DNA of 61,711 bases, counting the filler, from Asterionella formosa (lineage: Eukaryota), in assembly GCA_002256025.1 (NCBI GenBank). It is 11 parts of 11 records of this genome, joined end to end, with 100 filler letters (N's around TTAATTAATTAA, not from the genome) between each part and the next. Parts side by side here need not be neighbours in the genome. Positions count along the whole stretch, not along the records: positions 22,529 to 28,053 come from NKIB01013028.1; positions 28,154 to 33,676 come from NKIB01013029.1; positions 33,777 to 39,266 come from NKIB01013031.1; 8 more parts are not named here. The stretch is one strand, 5' to 3'. Shown piece by piece: positions 23,968 to 36,885 of the stretch. Both the position numbers and the translations under genes were made by a program. The number at the start of each line of letters is the position of its first letter. The stretch's first letter is position 1. Below the pieces are notes generated by a model. That model was given only the letters and a program-made list of their open reading frames with translations, was not told the DNA's origin and made no database searches.

Positions 23968-24714
23968 CTACACAGCATCATCATTCAATTCCCATAATTC
24001 GAATTGCAGATCAACATAATGAGGAAAACAACACCACGTGCAAAATATCATCATGAATAGAATTGGTCCAAAGTATCCCACCAACCAATATGGAGTGCAG
24101 GGTCCTGTATGGAGGGGTGCACAGTGTGGAAGGTTCGTGGCACCAAGGATGGAAAATAAAAGGATTGCCCCAACGAGGGGTAAAATGGTCCAACTAATGT
24201 ACCACAGGGACTCTACCGTATCCGGCATATCGACCAAATAGGCAGGTGCCGCTAGCCCATTGGGGGCAACACTGGGATCGAAAACCATTTCAATTTCACG
24301 AGTTCGGATAGCTGTCATAAACACGTCCGACGTGACATTGTATTCTTTGATTGCCCAACCATGGATCCGTCTGGGTTCGTCTCCTTGTTCATTGACACCC
24401 TCTGTGGTTTCCGCCGCACTGAAATTCTGTTCTCCATCAGGCATTTGAAAATAGACCGGGAATTTCACAGTCAGATAGTATAAATTCTGAATATGCCCAT
24501 CATGTTGAGATTGTTCGACCATCCTTGATCGTTGGACCACACCACAAACACGTGTTCCAACTTGTCGAAGCTGTCGCAAGAAATTGATTCTCTGATAACT
24601 GTTGCGGCAACATGAATAGAAGCAGAGCGCCAACATGTTTAAAAACATTGGAAACCAGACATAATACCATTCAAAGTCATCCGGACCAAGATAGTTATCC
24701 TTAGGCCTAGTCAT
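23968..24714 (-). CDS. Hypothetical membrane protein (about 3 TM segments)
   Basis: 248-aa ORF with one N-terminal and two C-terminal hydrophobic helices. Confidence 0.65.
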   Translation of the reverse strand: MTRPKDNYLGPDDFEWYYVWFPMFLNMLALCFYSCCRNSYQRINFLRQLRQVGTRVCGVVQRSRMVEQSQHDGHIQNLYYLTVKFPVYFQMPDGEQNFSAAETTEGVNEQGDEPRRIHGWAIKEYNVTSDVFMTAIRTREIEMVFDPSVAPNGLAAPAYLVDMPDTVESLWYISWTILPLVGAILLFSILGATNLPHCAPLHTGPCTPYWLVGYFGPILFMMIFCTWCCFPHYVDLQFELWELNDDAV

Positions 24715-24874
24715 GATGATGATGATGATGATATCAAAGGATCTGATAAATGTGTTTCTACGATTTAGTAGGATGGAAAATCGAGACTTATTTCCGGTAG
24801 ACTACCGGTAGCTACCGGTCCTTGCTCTAATTTCGCTTTTGGCTGTGGTCCCAAGATACCGTCTAGTGTACATA

Positions 24875-25033
24875 CCTGCAAAGTTGCGGTCATTTTGCAT
24901 AAACAATTATTGCTTTGATACCGGTACATGGGAAGAAGAAAGCTAAATCACCACAGCTTTCAAGTTGCGGTCATTTGGGTTAAAGAAACAATCTAATATA
25001 GGATGAAGAAAGCTAAATGTTTAGTTTCAGCAA
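24875..25033. mobile_element. Two tandem, truncated copies of the MITE
   Basis: TA-CCTGCAAAGTTGCGGTCATTTTGC at 24873 and TCAAGTTGCGGTCATTT at about 24960, each followed by GAAGAAAGCTAAAT. Confidence 0.75.
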
Positions 25034-26635
25034 CTTATTGCTGAAGGCAATACACGCCCGAGGTCTCATCCCTGCGAGTATACATGTGTTCGAGGCTTAG
25101 AAGCGCGAGTAGGTTGCGCCCCCGGCGCTGCGAGAAGGTCACCCTACGAGTGCCATCCCAGCCGAGTGCAAATGTGGACAAGACGGCATGTAGCCACCGA
25201 AAAGGGTATTGCTGAGGCAATTCACAAACTAGCTATCGTCGCCCCATTCGCTTACCTATTGCCCACTCATCGAGTGTAAATGTCAATTTTAGCTCACTAT
25301 AGCCCATCATATAAAATATATTTCGGATATTTCCTATCTTCACATCGAAATTTGCAATGGGTCCGATATTGCCCATCATTAAAATATATGTTGTTTATTT
25401 CCTATCTTCGCATTTTGGCATTACAATTTGTAGCAATTGCCAATCGGTTGTCCAGCCCTGGGATTGCCGAAATTGGCAAGGGGTCTCCATTAGGAAACCG
25501 TTTTATATACTCTTCAGATTTTACTCCGGCAATTCAATTCACCTTTCACCATGCCGATCGTCGTCCATCATGACCGGTTTGAAGCGAAGAAATCAGTTCA
25601 GTGATGACGCCAGTAGCGATTCGTTATCTAACGGATGTGGTTGGTTGTTGGATTGCTTGTCTTCTCGAGGGATTCATGTAGTCGCATCATCCATATTTCG
25701 TCGGACGAGCAGTGATAGCGATACATCTGATGTTGGTGGCAAGTTTTTGCTCCAGTCATGCATGTGATCATGCTTAACGGATATTCTACCGGTAGTCATC
25801 TAGCCTACATACGTACGTGGTACTGACAACAACCATGCATGGTTTAAGCTAAACTTTAACACTTACTTTGAACACGTTATAATATTATCTCTGTAGACTC
25901 GGCATTATCTTCACGAGACCAGAATGTTAAATTGTATCGTTCACATATATTGATTGATTTTATGTACCGAATGCCTGATTTCGTCCTCATAATTATAATT
26001 CTCACTCTATCCTGCCTGCCGTTGCTCAATTTGGGCTTGCAACAGGAACTTTCGACTTTCTTATGAGCCCATCGTCTGCTGTATGTTACGCTTGTTAGAG
26101 CGGATCGGTGAGTACAACAACGAAACACTGAATGTGATCGTAGATACAAAATTGTCGAAGTTCCGATTTGATTGCTTCCATGGTCCGTTTTGATCACTTC
26201 CATCGTTGTTTGTTGTTCCACACTGTCGTTTTGTTTCGATTTTATCTATCTACATAAGAGCCAATGTATTTATCGATGACTACTCTTTGACAACATATTG
26301 TTGTTGATCGTATTTGTTGATGTGTATAGTCGTTTACCAGCATGATGTTAATATTGCCGCCAAGCAATGCTTTTCTTGTACTAACGCACTTTGCTACATT
26401 TATACTACAAGTTCGTATCACAAGCTTACATAAATACACTCAGCTAGAGAGAGTCAATAGTGCTGGTGCAGCGTGGCGATCACGCTTGCTCAGAATGGAA
26501 TGATCAGGGTTGCTTGTTTGCTGGCCGGAGGAATGATGACTGTGGCGAAAATACTGCTACTGGTGTCAGGCTAGTACAGCGATGCGCATGGTTGCAGCAA
26601 CCAGACCATTTACGCTACATAACGATGCATGTCTA

Positions 26636-27090
26636 AATTGGGTTCAGCATTTCTTCTTCTTCTTTCGGTCTTCGATTGTGTGGTGATAGAAAGTCAAGCA
26701 ATGTTCTTGCCTGTGTAAGTACTACAATGATTCACAATGCATGCGTATCCATTGAAACTCCTATTTTTACTTCATTTCTAACCCAAAACAGTTTTTTCTA
26801 TTTCTTATTTGATGCATCTTTTTACATTGCATTTCATACTTTGGTTGCTCCAAACATCATGTTCAATTTTCATTGATGTTGCATGTTGTTACAATCATTC
26901 TCGTGTGTTTTACTCTTGTTGTACCATCTCCAGCATGCATATTACCTTTCTGGTTGTCATGCTAAAAATCGGCAATTTTAATGCCGAAAAATTCGATGTG
27001 CTCCATATTGCCCCTTAACAAAAATTACTTAGAGCCTAAAAAGTTCTTAGAAGTACCCGAATGGCAAGACAATAGCTGGAGCGGGAATTG
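26636..27090. repeat. Dispersed repeat, homologous (inverted) to 28712-29250
   Basis: Shared blocks such as TTTCATACTTTGGTTGCTCCAAACATCATGTTCAATTTTCATTGATGTTGCATG and ATGGCAAGAC.ATAGCTGGAGCGGGAATTGC. Confidence 0.9.
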
Positions 27091-28711
27091 CTGTATGATT
27101 ATGTGCTCTCCATTTTAATTCTCGTTCTATATACCACGTACTATATTTATACAATGAGGTTCCTGCATTTCAACCCTAAGGCAAAAATCAAAATATTGCT
27201 TAGGGTTGCCGAAATCCCCTGCTACTAAGAACTTTTATGAACTATTTTTAAATGACATAATTCCATTCATTGGGAATTAGCGCATACGTCCATTGATTCC
27301 TTTTCGAAGTTTTCGCTCTTTTTTCATAGAATCACGCCCTGCTTGGAATTTTTGCTCTGGCCCCCCCCTTTCTCGTTGACCCTTAGTTAGTCCATAGACA
27401 TAAGAAGAAGGATTTAATACCTGAGCAGCGACAATACATTACCAATTGCTCATTTTGCAAGCTCAAAAGGGTGGATGATGATGAGACGGTTGACATGCAT
27501 GGGCAGCTCATCATAAATCCGGGAGTGTACAAAAGTTTAGCTATATTGTTCAATGTCTGTACTATGCAAAGACACCAACAAGACCAAACACAATCCACAC
27601 TTCCCATCCAATTCTCGAGCTGACATGAACAGTGCAGCAGCTATGGAGAAACACTCAGCCAGAGAACAACACTACCAGATTTTTTTTAAAACCTTCTTTC
27701 ATTTGAGGGAGTGATCACCACAAAAATCCACCACCCCACCTTATATGGGCCATGGAGCGCAAAGACTGCAATTATTGAAATAATCTAGTAAGAATTCTGC
27801 TTTATGTGCATTTATCACTGGATGTCTATCATGTACAAAAACACTGGTAGTCGACAAAATGACTCAAGAAAGATGCTGCCAAGAGAATCCACCCAGCAAT
27901 CAACCTGCCGCTGTTAGCCTTGTCTTTACCGTATACTTCATTGTCCTGGACCCCCCAATGTACACTGCCGTGACTGAATTTGACTGATTTTACTTAAGGG
28001 GGGCCCAGGACAATGAAGAGATTTCCCTTATAATGGACCTAAGTAAATTTCTTNNNNNNNNNNNNNNNNNNNNNNNNNNNNNNNNNNNNNNNNNNNNTTA
28101 ATTAATTAANNNNNNNNNNNNNNNNNNNNNNNNNNNNNNNNNNNNNNNNNNNNTTTGTTTCTGTGTATTCCCATGCTGAGGACGCAAGTAGTACCTGTTT
28201 GAATATTTAAACTAAGTAGACAATGGTGCCACATTAGCAGAGTTACATTTCAGAAAAGAATGAAGACGGTTATGTTATATAAAGATTGATCAATGTAGAT
28301 ATAATTTAATTCCTTGGAGTCAGTATACTTGTCATTTGTGTACTAGCTAGTAGTAGCTACTAGGAGCAATGCTGGTATATTACCAACAGTAGCACTAAAT
28401 TGCTTCTGCCCTGTCAATGACAACAGCACCATACTGCTGGAGCAGCACTTTACTACCAGGTACTACTGGTTTGCACACCGGCTGCCAGCAGGAATTTAGT
28501 GATGCTTAGCTACTAGCAGTACCACCAGGCTTGCTTTGTACCTGGTTCCTGGTAGTACCTACCGTATTACCAGCCATCAGACGATGGTTCTGTGGTAACA
28601 GGCAGGTACCATGATGATACTTCCAGCGGGAATTTAGTGATGCTACCAGACTGTGTACTGGTACCAGCCAGGTTTTATGCATAGTAGCTAGTACTGGGCT
28701 GGTATAACAGC

Positions 28712-29250
28712 AAATCCCGCTCCAGCTATCGTCTTGCCATTCGGGTAGTACTTCTAAGTAATTTTTAGGATCTAATTAATTTCTTAAGTAATTTTTATAT
28801 AAGGGCAATTCCCGCTCCAGCTATCGTCTTGCCATTTGGGTACTTCTAAGTAAATTTTAGGCTCTAAGTATTGTTTAATTAAGGGCAATACGGGGCACAT
28901 CAAATTATTCAGCAATAAAATTGCCGATTTTAGCATGACAACCAGAATAATGGTAATATGCATAGAGATGGTACAACAAGCGTAAAACACACGAGAATGA
29001 TTGCAACATGCAACATCAATGAAAATTGAACATGATGTTTGGAGCAACCAAAGTATGAAATGCGATGTAATAAGTAGCATCAAATGAGAAATAGAAAAAA
29101 AAGTGGGGTAGAAATGAAATAAAAAAATAACAGTTCCAATGGAGATGTATGCATTGTGAATCAGTGTAGTACTTACACAGGCAACATTGACTTTCCATCA
29201 CCATACAATCGAAGACCGAAAGAAGAAGAAAAAAGCTCAACCCAAAAACC
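28712..29250. repeat. Dispersed repeat copy with an internal duplication of about 95 bp
   Basis: Reverse complement of 26636-27090. TCCCGCTCCAGCTATCGTCTTGCCATT occurs at about 28715 and 28810. Confidence 0.9.
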
Positions 29251-29639
29251 TGCATCGTTATTTAGCATACGCAGAATAACACGTTTTGTAACGAATTTCT
29301 GATAGTTTACAAATCTGGAGCGATCCATCTGTAGCTGAGCATGTAGCACTTCTCCAAGTATGAACGAGCTACACTGAACATTCATTTGTGTAATCAATAT
29401 TCATGCCTGAAAGTGTCAATCGACCTTTTTTGGAAAAAATCTCGGAGTATACAGGCAAATGTACACATACATGAATTAAGTAAAGCTGATTATCATATAT
29501 TTATTTAGATCGCACATAGTATATTAATTTAGCCCCATAGTAATTGTACCAAATGAGTTAATTGATGGCGTGCCCATCACAACATGCAATAAAAGTGCAA
29601 CAACAGACAAATAATATATAATCCATTTTATTTCATCAC

Positions 29640-30990
29640 AAACATCATGTCAATGCCATCTCTGATAGAGAGGTGATGAATCTCATACTCACAAACAAAG
29701 TGTCAAAATTGGAGGTTCAGAGGGCAAATAATAACCGCATTTTGATCTATGGGTCAGTCAAGGAAATCGTCGAAAAAAGACAGGTGATTCTCCCTTGGTT
29801 AACAAACGAAAAGTTTACCATCTGATTTGCAAGTTGAACAGTAAAGATGCCATGATTGTCACATACAACAAAGGGAGCTATGGGGGAAGCACTACCCAAG
29901 ATAACTCAAATTGTTTTCCTTCAGCATTATCTACCCTGACACCAGCAAATACAGATATGGTGGACGACATTGAAGACATGTGTGCTGCTGATACTATGAT
30001 TTCTATTTTGAATGGAGAAACAATTTCGCTAATAGTAGAGTTACTACAAGGGCAGCAGTTGTAACTACTGAAGCTTCTAATTCTGCTGTTGGGGGTGGAA
30101 TGCCAAAGGGCGCAATCAAAGTGGCCTCAATTTCAATGTCAACAAAAATCAGATAGCATCAGCATTGTAAAATCGGCTTGGCGATTCTCCTTTGCCAAAA
30201 TCGGATAAAATCGACACGCAATATCTGAACGAGGCTGGGGACCACCACTCAACTACAATTGCTTGCTGGAGTCAGAAATACAGCTGACATCTTGTGGAGA
30301 AAAACATCCAATTAGCAACACAAATATGCAACCTCATGATTTGAACCTTTCTACCAAACTTTCTGGAATGCTGACATATTCAATTGTTGAACATCGAAAT
30401 CGCGAGAGTGCAAGGAATGGAGTTAATGAGACAGAGCAGATACGAAAGCGAAAGGCAACAGCACAAACAGCCATCAACAATCACAAGACACTTTCCTCAG
30501 GGATGCTTCTTACAAGCGGTACATGCAGAATGGGTCCTGAAATGCTTGACAAGGCGATTGAATCAAAACAGATTACAACAAATGTCCAAACTGCCAAGGA
30601 GTTAGCTGACCAGAAACTCTATTATGCCCTTCTGCATCGCGTGGATACTGTGAGAGCAAGCCCAAAGGAAAAGAAGCCTTTAACATTTCCAAGTTGAGAA
30701 CCCTTGTGTTTTGGTATAAACATGACGGTGATGTAGCCGTTCCAAACAAACGATACGAGCTTCTTGAAAGGTACGTTGCAACTTGTATGAGACAAGAATT
30801 GGCCAGGCCCTTCCCTTTGACAGTGGTGGTGCAGGTGGAAAGAGAGGAGGGGGGTGCAGGGCTGTGAAGCGGTGTTCAGCAGCAAAATTCTCATCGCAGG
30901 AACTATATTATAAAGGAAAAAGATATTTCGTCCCCCTATTTCGATATTTCGTCCCCCTCTTTTTATAAACCCTTAAACCCTAGCCTACAT
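29640..30990 (+). mobile_element. pogo/Tc1-mariner-like transposon remnant (same family as 16903-18130)
   Basis: ERGWGP..LNYNCLLESEIQLT, RNG....EQIRKRKATAQTAI..HK..SSG and L..LV.WYK..GD match the contig-4 element. Confidence 0.6.
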
Positions 30991-32619
30991 AGCCTTCATA
31001 TAAACCACCAATTATTTTTTGCTAGTACACGGAAATTAGTTGGCTTGATGACACTGCCGTGACAGCTGCTACTCATACTACACATGCACATCATTGTGTT
31101 CAAATTGACTCTGATGGCCTCAACCAAAGCAGTCAGAGCCTATTGAGGACAATACAGAGGAGGGACTGGACGGCCCTGTACAGGCGTTCTATGGCGCTGT
31201 AATTCGAAGATACAGAGCGCATTTGTGCACTTGAATGATCACCCCTCGACCCTCAGTCTACATGATGTCAAGGCGAGATAATTGTGGAGTTCATCATCTT
31301 TGCTGGCTTCCATTAAAAGACCTTGGTTTTGCAACCTTTCAACCATTTCTACTTCTGAAGTGTTGTCTGCCACATTTCCGCCGATATTTTCATTCATCGC
31401 ATGAATTTGTTCATCAAATGAATGAGAATCACTGAGTTCTTCTTCATTATCAGGGATTTCGGGAGAATGAGGAGCAAAATACGACACTGGATGGTGGAAC
31501 TGTGACTCTGTACAAATAGAGTCTTCATCCACGAAGACCAAGCAACTGTTTGGGTTTCCTATCCCTTCGAAAGCAAGCCAATCTTTCCTTCTTTTCAATC
31601 TCAGCCACTATTGTATCGGCATACTTCATTATTTTTTCTGGAGTATTATGAATCTGTTCAAATTCATTTGATCTTTGAGTGTATTCAAAGGAATCTTCGA
31701 TTGATTTCATAACTTTCTTCATCTTCTTTTCCGAAAACATAAAAAGTGTATTGTAAACAATGGAAGTAAGTCTCGTTTCTTGTTTGACTGGTCCTTTCCA
31801 TGAAATCCGTGAAATGCCATTTGGAATGTTGTCAAAGGGCCAGAAGACAATGATGTAAAACAGTGGAAGGTAAATGCGGAGCTTTTGGCGGAGTTTTTGC
31901 GGCGCTTGTGGAGGTGGAACCGGTGTGATGGTAACCGAGTGTAGTAATTGTTGAACAGAGCAGAGCACAGTGTAATATGCATGTTCCGCCAGCGTAGTGT
32001 TTACACAATACACATGCTGGCACATATATAGCTAAAACAAGGAAAGACGACACAATAATGAACGTGATGGCTGGTTGTTGAGGATACCGGTGTGTGATAT
32101 GCATCAATCCATATCACAAATCATATTATAGTGATGTACATATCAACGCATCCGTATACTTAGATCCTATCCACTGTATAATACTATCATATTAAGTGTT
32201 GACTTTAACTGTACACATTAAACGACAAACATATATATTAATTAACATACTTTATGATTGCTTGATTTATATTCAATGATGTCTTGGTAACACTTGTGTA
32301 CATATTTTATCGTATTTTATTGTCATGGTACTATTTTTACATGATCATATTATGATCAAAATTATATCATATAAATTTCATAAAATCATCATAATTTTAT
32401 GATCAATGTATCATAGCTATGTGATGTACTTTATTCAATATTACGTATCATACTTTGGTGATGTATGCATCGATGTAACCTTATCATGATATCACAGTAT
32501 CATCTTATCAATCATGATGAGATGATTGGGAAGCACATGTATTCTGCATTGTGCTACAGGGTATATTATTATATCACGCAATTTAGTAGCGAAGTCACTC
32601 CACCTGTAATGTACTAAAG

Positions 32620-33070
32620 TCGACAGTGCACATACCGGTACTCACACCGCTAATCAGGTTTGAGGAAACGGACAGTGGTTCCAACGAGCGAATGATGATA
32701 CCATGGGTACCAATTTTTCCAATGAAAGAACTTGTCTCTCTATTGATGAGGATGACACGGACACCGACTTTTCCAGGAGCAAACAACAATGAAGAGACCC
32801 ACTTGTCGCTCTATTGATGGTAACAAAGATGCGGACAAGTTCAACAGTGAATACAAGAACAACATACCATTGAAAACAAGTCGACAGTGTGTGTACGCAC
32901 ACGCCAAGCAGGCTTGAGGCAACGGACAATTCCAACAAGCAAGCAGTGACGATACAGATATCAAATTCTTCCTACGAGCAAACAACAATGAAAAGAGCCA
33001 CTTGCTTTCGCTCTCTTGATGGTATCAAAGATGCGGACAAGTTCAATAGTTAATTCAAGTACAGTATACC
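32620..33070. repeat. Degenerate tandem duplication (two units of 200-260 bp)
   Basis: GTCGACAGTG...TTGAGG.AACGGACA and GAGCAAACAACAATGAA...TTGATGGTA.CAAAGATGCGGACAAGTTCAA each occur twice. Confidence 0.8.
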
Positions 33071-33776
33071 ACATGCAGAAAAGAGCGAGCAATATGAAAA
33101 TGAAATGCATTCTAATCAGAATCATTCTATAACTAGAGCTATGTGGACAGTAGTCTGTTGCGCACATTTTCGTATCTCCTTCTATGCTGAATCTCAATAG
33201 TAGCTAGATGTTGTATCATGTGAGAATTGAAAATGTCAACAAGAACAAATAGAATGTGTTTGTTTACGGGTTGATTGGCGAGATTGTCATGCTGAAGTGG
33301 ACGAAACGGATATACTTTGTGCGCTGTGTGCGGAAACATTACGAGTTCGAATGGTTTCTTCTCTCCTGTAAACTCTTAATTGAATGATTATGAACAAAGG
33401 TTCACTGCACATGACGATTACTCGAAAATATAAAGATCGCTTGACCAACAAATTGAAGACGTTATCGCAAACATTCATTCCGCTTGTCATCGCTAGTATT
33501 TCGTTGTTGTTGCAAAAATCGGAGTGATGAGGGGCAGATGGAAATCACGAGCAAAATTACATTACTTGAACTGGTACATTATCCTACCAAGAAATTCGAA
33601 TACAGGAATCAAATAGAAACAATACATATAATAATTAAATATATGTAGTCAAAAGGGTTACTATTTAAATTACAAANNNNNNNNNNNNNNNNNNNNNNNN
33701 NNNNNNNNNNNNNNNNNNNNTTAATTAATTAANNNNNNNNNNNNNNNNNNNNNNNNNNNNNNNNNNNNNNNNNNNN

Positions 33777-36700
33777 GAACGTAGCCTTTCACTACAATAC
33801 GTCCTTTGTATCGAATACTCTTATCCTGCTCGGATTTCTTCTTGAATACCCAGCGTGTGCCTAAGGGTTTTCTGCCCTTGAGATTGTCACGAGGAACCAT
33901 TTTCCAAACATTTCGCTTGTAGAAATTGTTGATTTCATTTTTAATAGCAACGGTCCACTGCTTGCTCTCGTCTCCTTTCATAGCCTCCTTGTAATGCTTT
34001 GGCTCCCCAGGATCGGAAGCAAGCGTTGTAGAATATGCATAGAACCTCTCTACTCCTTCTTCACTTTGAAATAGTTCATCATCATCTTGATAGGCCGCTT
34101 CAGAATAATCTATTTCTTCAATTGATCCTTTGTCCTTGTCATCTAGTTGTAAGCTGCGCCGAGCACTGCGTTTGCCAGTAACTTCTTTCCAACCATCAAG
34201 GCGTTTCAATTCTCGTTCCAATTTTGCTTTCTTCGAAGCATCTTTGTTGATCTCATCACCTAACTTCCCCACTGCTTCGGATAGCTGAAATCTTGTTTGT
34301 TTCACAACTGGAACAGGTGTTTCCAAATCAACATCCTGCTGGATTGGTGGGACAACAGGAAGAACATCTTCGTCCTGCTTTTCATCATCAATTGGAATAA
34401 CAACCACTTCTGTGTCCCCTTCCACATTGAAATCCCTCAAACCTGCGATTGGACTTGTTTGGCCATGCCAATCAGCCCAGCGAATGTTTCGACTATTTAA
34501 AATCTTTCTTGTCTGAGGGTTAAACATTCGGTAAGTGTCTCCAGCATGATCATGAGAATAACCAACCATCACACATTTAATGGCCTTTTCTTCGAGTTTA
34601 TTTGTTTTCTTAGCACCAATTTTCACCCATCCGATCCTGCCAAAATGCATTAGATGATCGTAAATCATTGGAACCTTTTTCATTAGATGTGGCCACAATG
34701 TTCGTGATTCGTGTTTTGGTGTTGATGGCCTCTGCCCAAAGTAAACCTTGAAATTCATCATTAAATTTTGCAGCAAACATTGCTGCACATGCTCGTTGAC
34801 AAATGGTCACAAACTTTCGCTCCACAATTCCATTCTGTTGTGGTGTGTAGGGTGCCGTAAATTCAATTTGAATATTGAATTTGTCGCATAGTTTTGTCAA
34901 ACCGGAGACGTTTTCACCCGCATTGTCACAACGGAGAAACTTGGTAACATACTCAGCCGTTTTGAGTTTAGTCAACAAATCTTCAATCTTTGAAGCAAGC
35001 TGTGACTTCTTCTTAACAAAGAAACTCCAAGATTTTCCGGTGTAATCATCAACAACAAGGATCCAATAGTCATTTCCTAAAATCGACTTTTTATATGGAC
35101 CGCTGATATCTGTGCACAAACGTTCGCCCGGTTGAGTAGCCTTGCTCATAGTGATTTTAGGAACACTTTTTGCTTTAGCCTTAGCTAGCGCACATCCTTC
35201 ACATGTATACATCAAACCTGTCATTTTGATACCAAGAGATTTCATAGTAGCCCGCAATGCTGCTTCCCCAATATGTCCGTATTTAGCATGAGCTTCATTA
35301 ATGTCCATACTGGTCAATTTCGTTGTGATGACCTCTGCAGATAAGATATCACTCCCACCTGGGTAAATTCCACGAGTTCCTTGGAAATAGTACAAAACAT
35401 CTGAATGATCACGTTTGAAATCTAGCGTCTCAGTTTTTCCCGCTTTTGTCAAAGTCATTTTGTTGTGCTTCATACCAAGTTCGTATTTACCATCACGTAC
35501 AAAAGTACCAATGCTGATAATATTTTTATGAAAGGTAGGTGTATAAAGGACATTCTTAAGCAAGAGTGTCTCATTGGTCACTTTGTTTCGCACGCAGAAA
35601 TCTCCGCGTTCCTTGCAAATGACTTCTTTACCATCGCCTACAACAACGCGTACATTTACTGCTTTCACATTTGTCATATACTTATTGCACATAGTAATAT
35701 GACTGGTTGCGCCTGTATCAGCTAACCAACGTTCATTTTCCTCGATTGATGCACAAATTTTACTCTCACTGTTTTTGATGCTTGCATGGTGTGCTTGATT
35801 GATCTCTTCATCCTCAATTTCAATCGTCACTCCAATAAATGCATATTCTGTTTCTTCGCATGTAATGTAGACCTTTGTGTCTTCAACATATTCATAGTCA
35901 AAAAACGTCTTGTTGTTTGTAGTCAAGTCAATTATTTCAAAATCATCATCTGTATCAGACTTTTCATCATGGATTTCGATCGTTTCAACAATACCAACAA
36001 ACATTCCAGTTTCTTTCTTTTCCTTTGTTTTCTTTTCTTCAGGACAATCCTTAGCAATGTGACCTGCATACTTGTTGCAATTGAAACATTTGACACCTTT
36101 GCCTTTCGTTTCTTTGTTTGCGCCTGCTGTATTGCTCTTGGATCGGCAGTCAGCTGCCTTGTGTCCTTGTTTTCCACAATTCTTGCAAAGTCCCTTGAAT
36201 TTACCATTTGCAAACAAAGCAATCTCGTTGGTATTTAGATCCTTGAACTTCCTTTTGTAGAATGCACGAAGTTTAGATTTCAAATCTGATAAAGTAATAG
36301 TACCCATTCCTTCAATAACAGTAATGACTTCACTGTACTCTTTAGGTAACTTGTTCATCATGTGCGCAATGACTTCAACCTCTTTCTTTTCAAATGATGA
36401 ATCAATTTGACGCATTCTGTTCTTGATGTTATCGAGAGCAATGAACCATTCATCTGGGTCTGCTTTAGTACTCTCCAAAGTACAATCGTTGAATTCACCT
36501 GTTAGCTGAATCAAATCAGTAACTTGATGAGGAGCATATCGATCCTCCAAATACTGCCAGGCAAGAAAAGCATCTCCATCCATCAAATCATCTGTCTTGG
36601 CAGAATTCACAATCCCAAATGCAATCCCACTGACACTAAGAATCAATAGCTGATATGCCTTGTCATTCAACTCTTACTTCTTCTCGTCATCATCAGTAGA

Positions 36701-36874
36701 CACCAAATAGGCATCATCATCGATTGGCTTTGTGTCTTTGGCATAAACATGCCTAAAACCTTTAGATTTCGCAAGCTGAAGAGTCTTGATACTCCACTCA
36801 TGCCAAGCAGTTTTGCTTCCATCAAACTTGATCAAGCGAACAGTCTCACCTGATTTCTCATCGGCCGTAACCAT
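33777..36874 (-). mobile_element. Ty1/copia gag-pol, nearly intact (one stop at about 36674, one frameshift at about 34680), 3'-truncated at the contig end
   Basis: Gag with two CCHC knuckles (CKNCGKQGHKAADC, CFNCNKYAGHIAKDC), protease WLADTGATSHIT, GAG-pre-integrase H...GH..C..C, integrase DISGP/RCDNAGE/PQQNGIVER, SH3-like KC.MVGY, and RT start EPKHYKEAM...RWVFKKK. Confidence 0.97.
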
Positions 36875-36885
36875 GTCTCTAGACC

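Noticed and set aside
25100..25180. HDV-like ribozyme or IscB/Fanzor omegaRNA resemblance
   Set aside because: Only short word similarity. The required P1/P3 or stem pairings cannot be formed, and no TnpB/IscB/Fanzor ORF is visible in the window.
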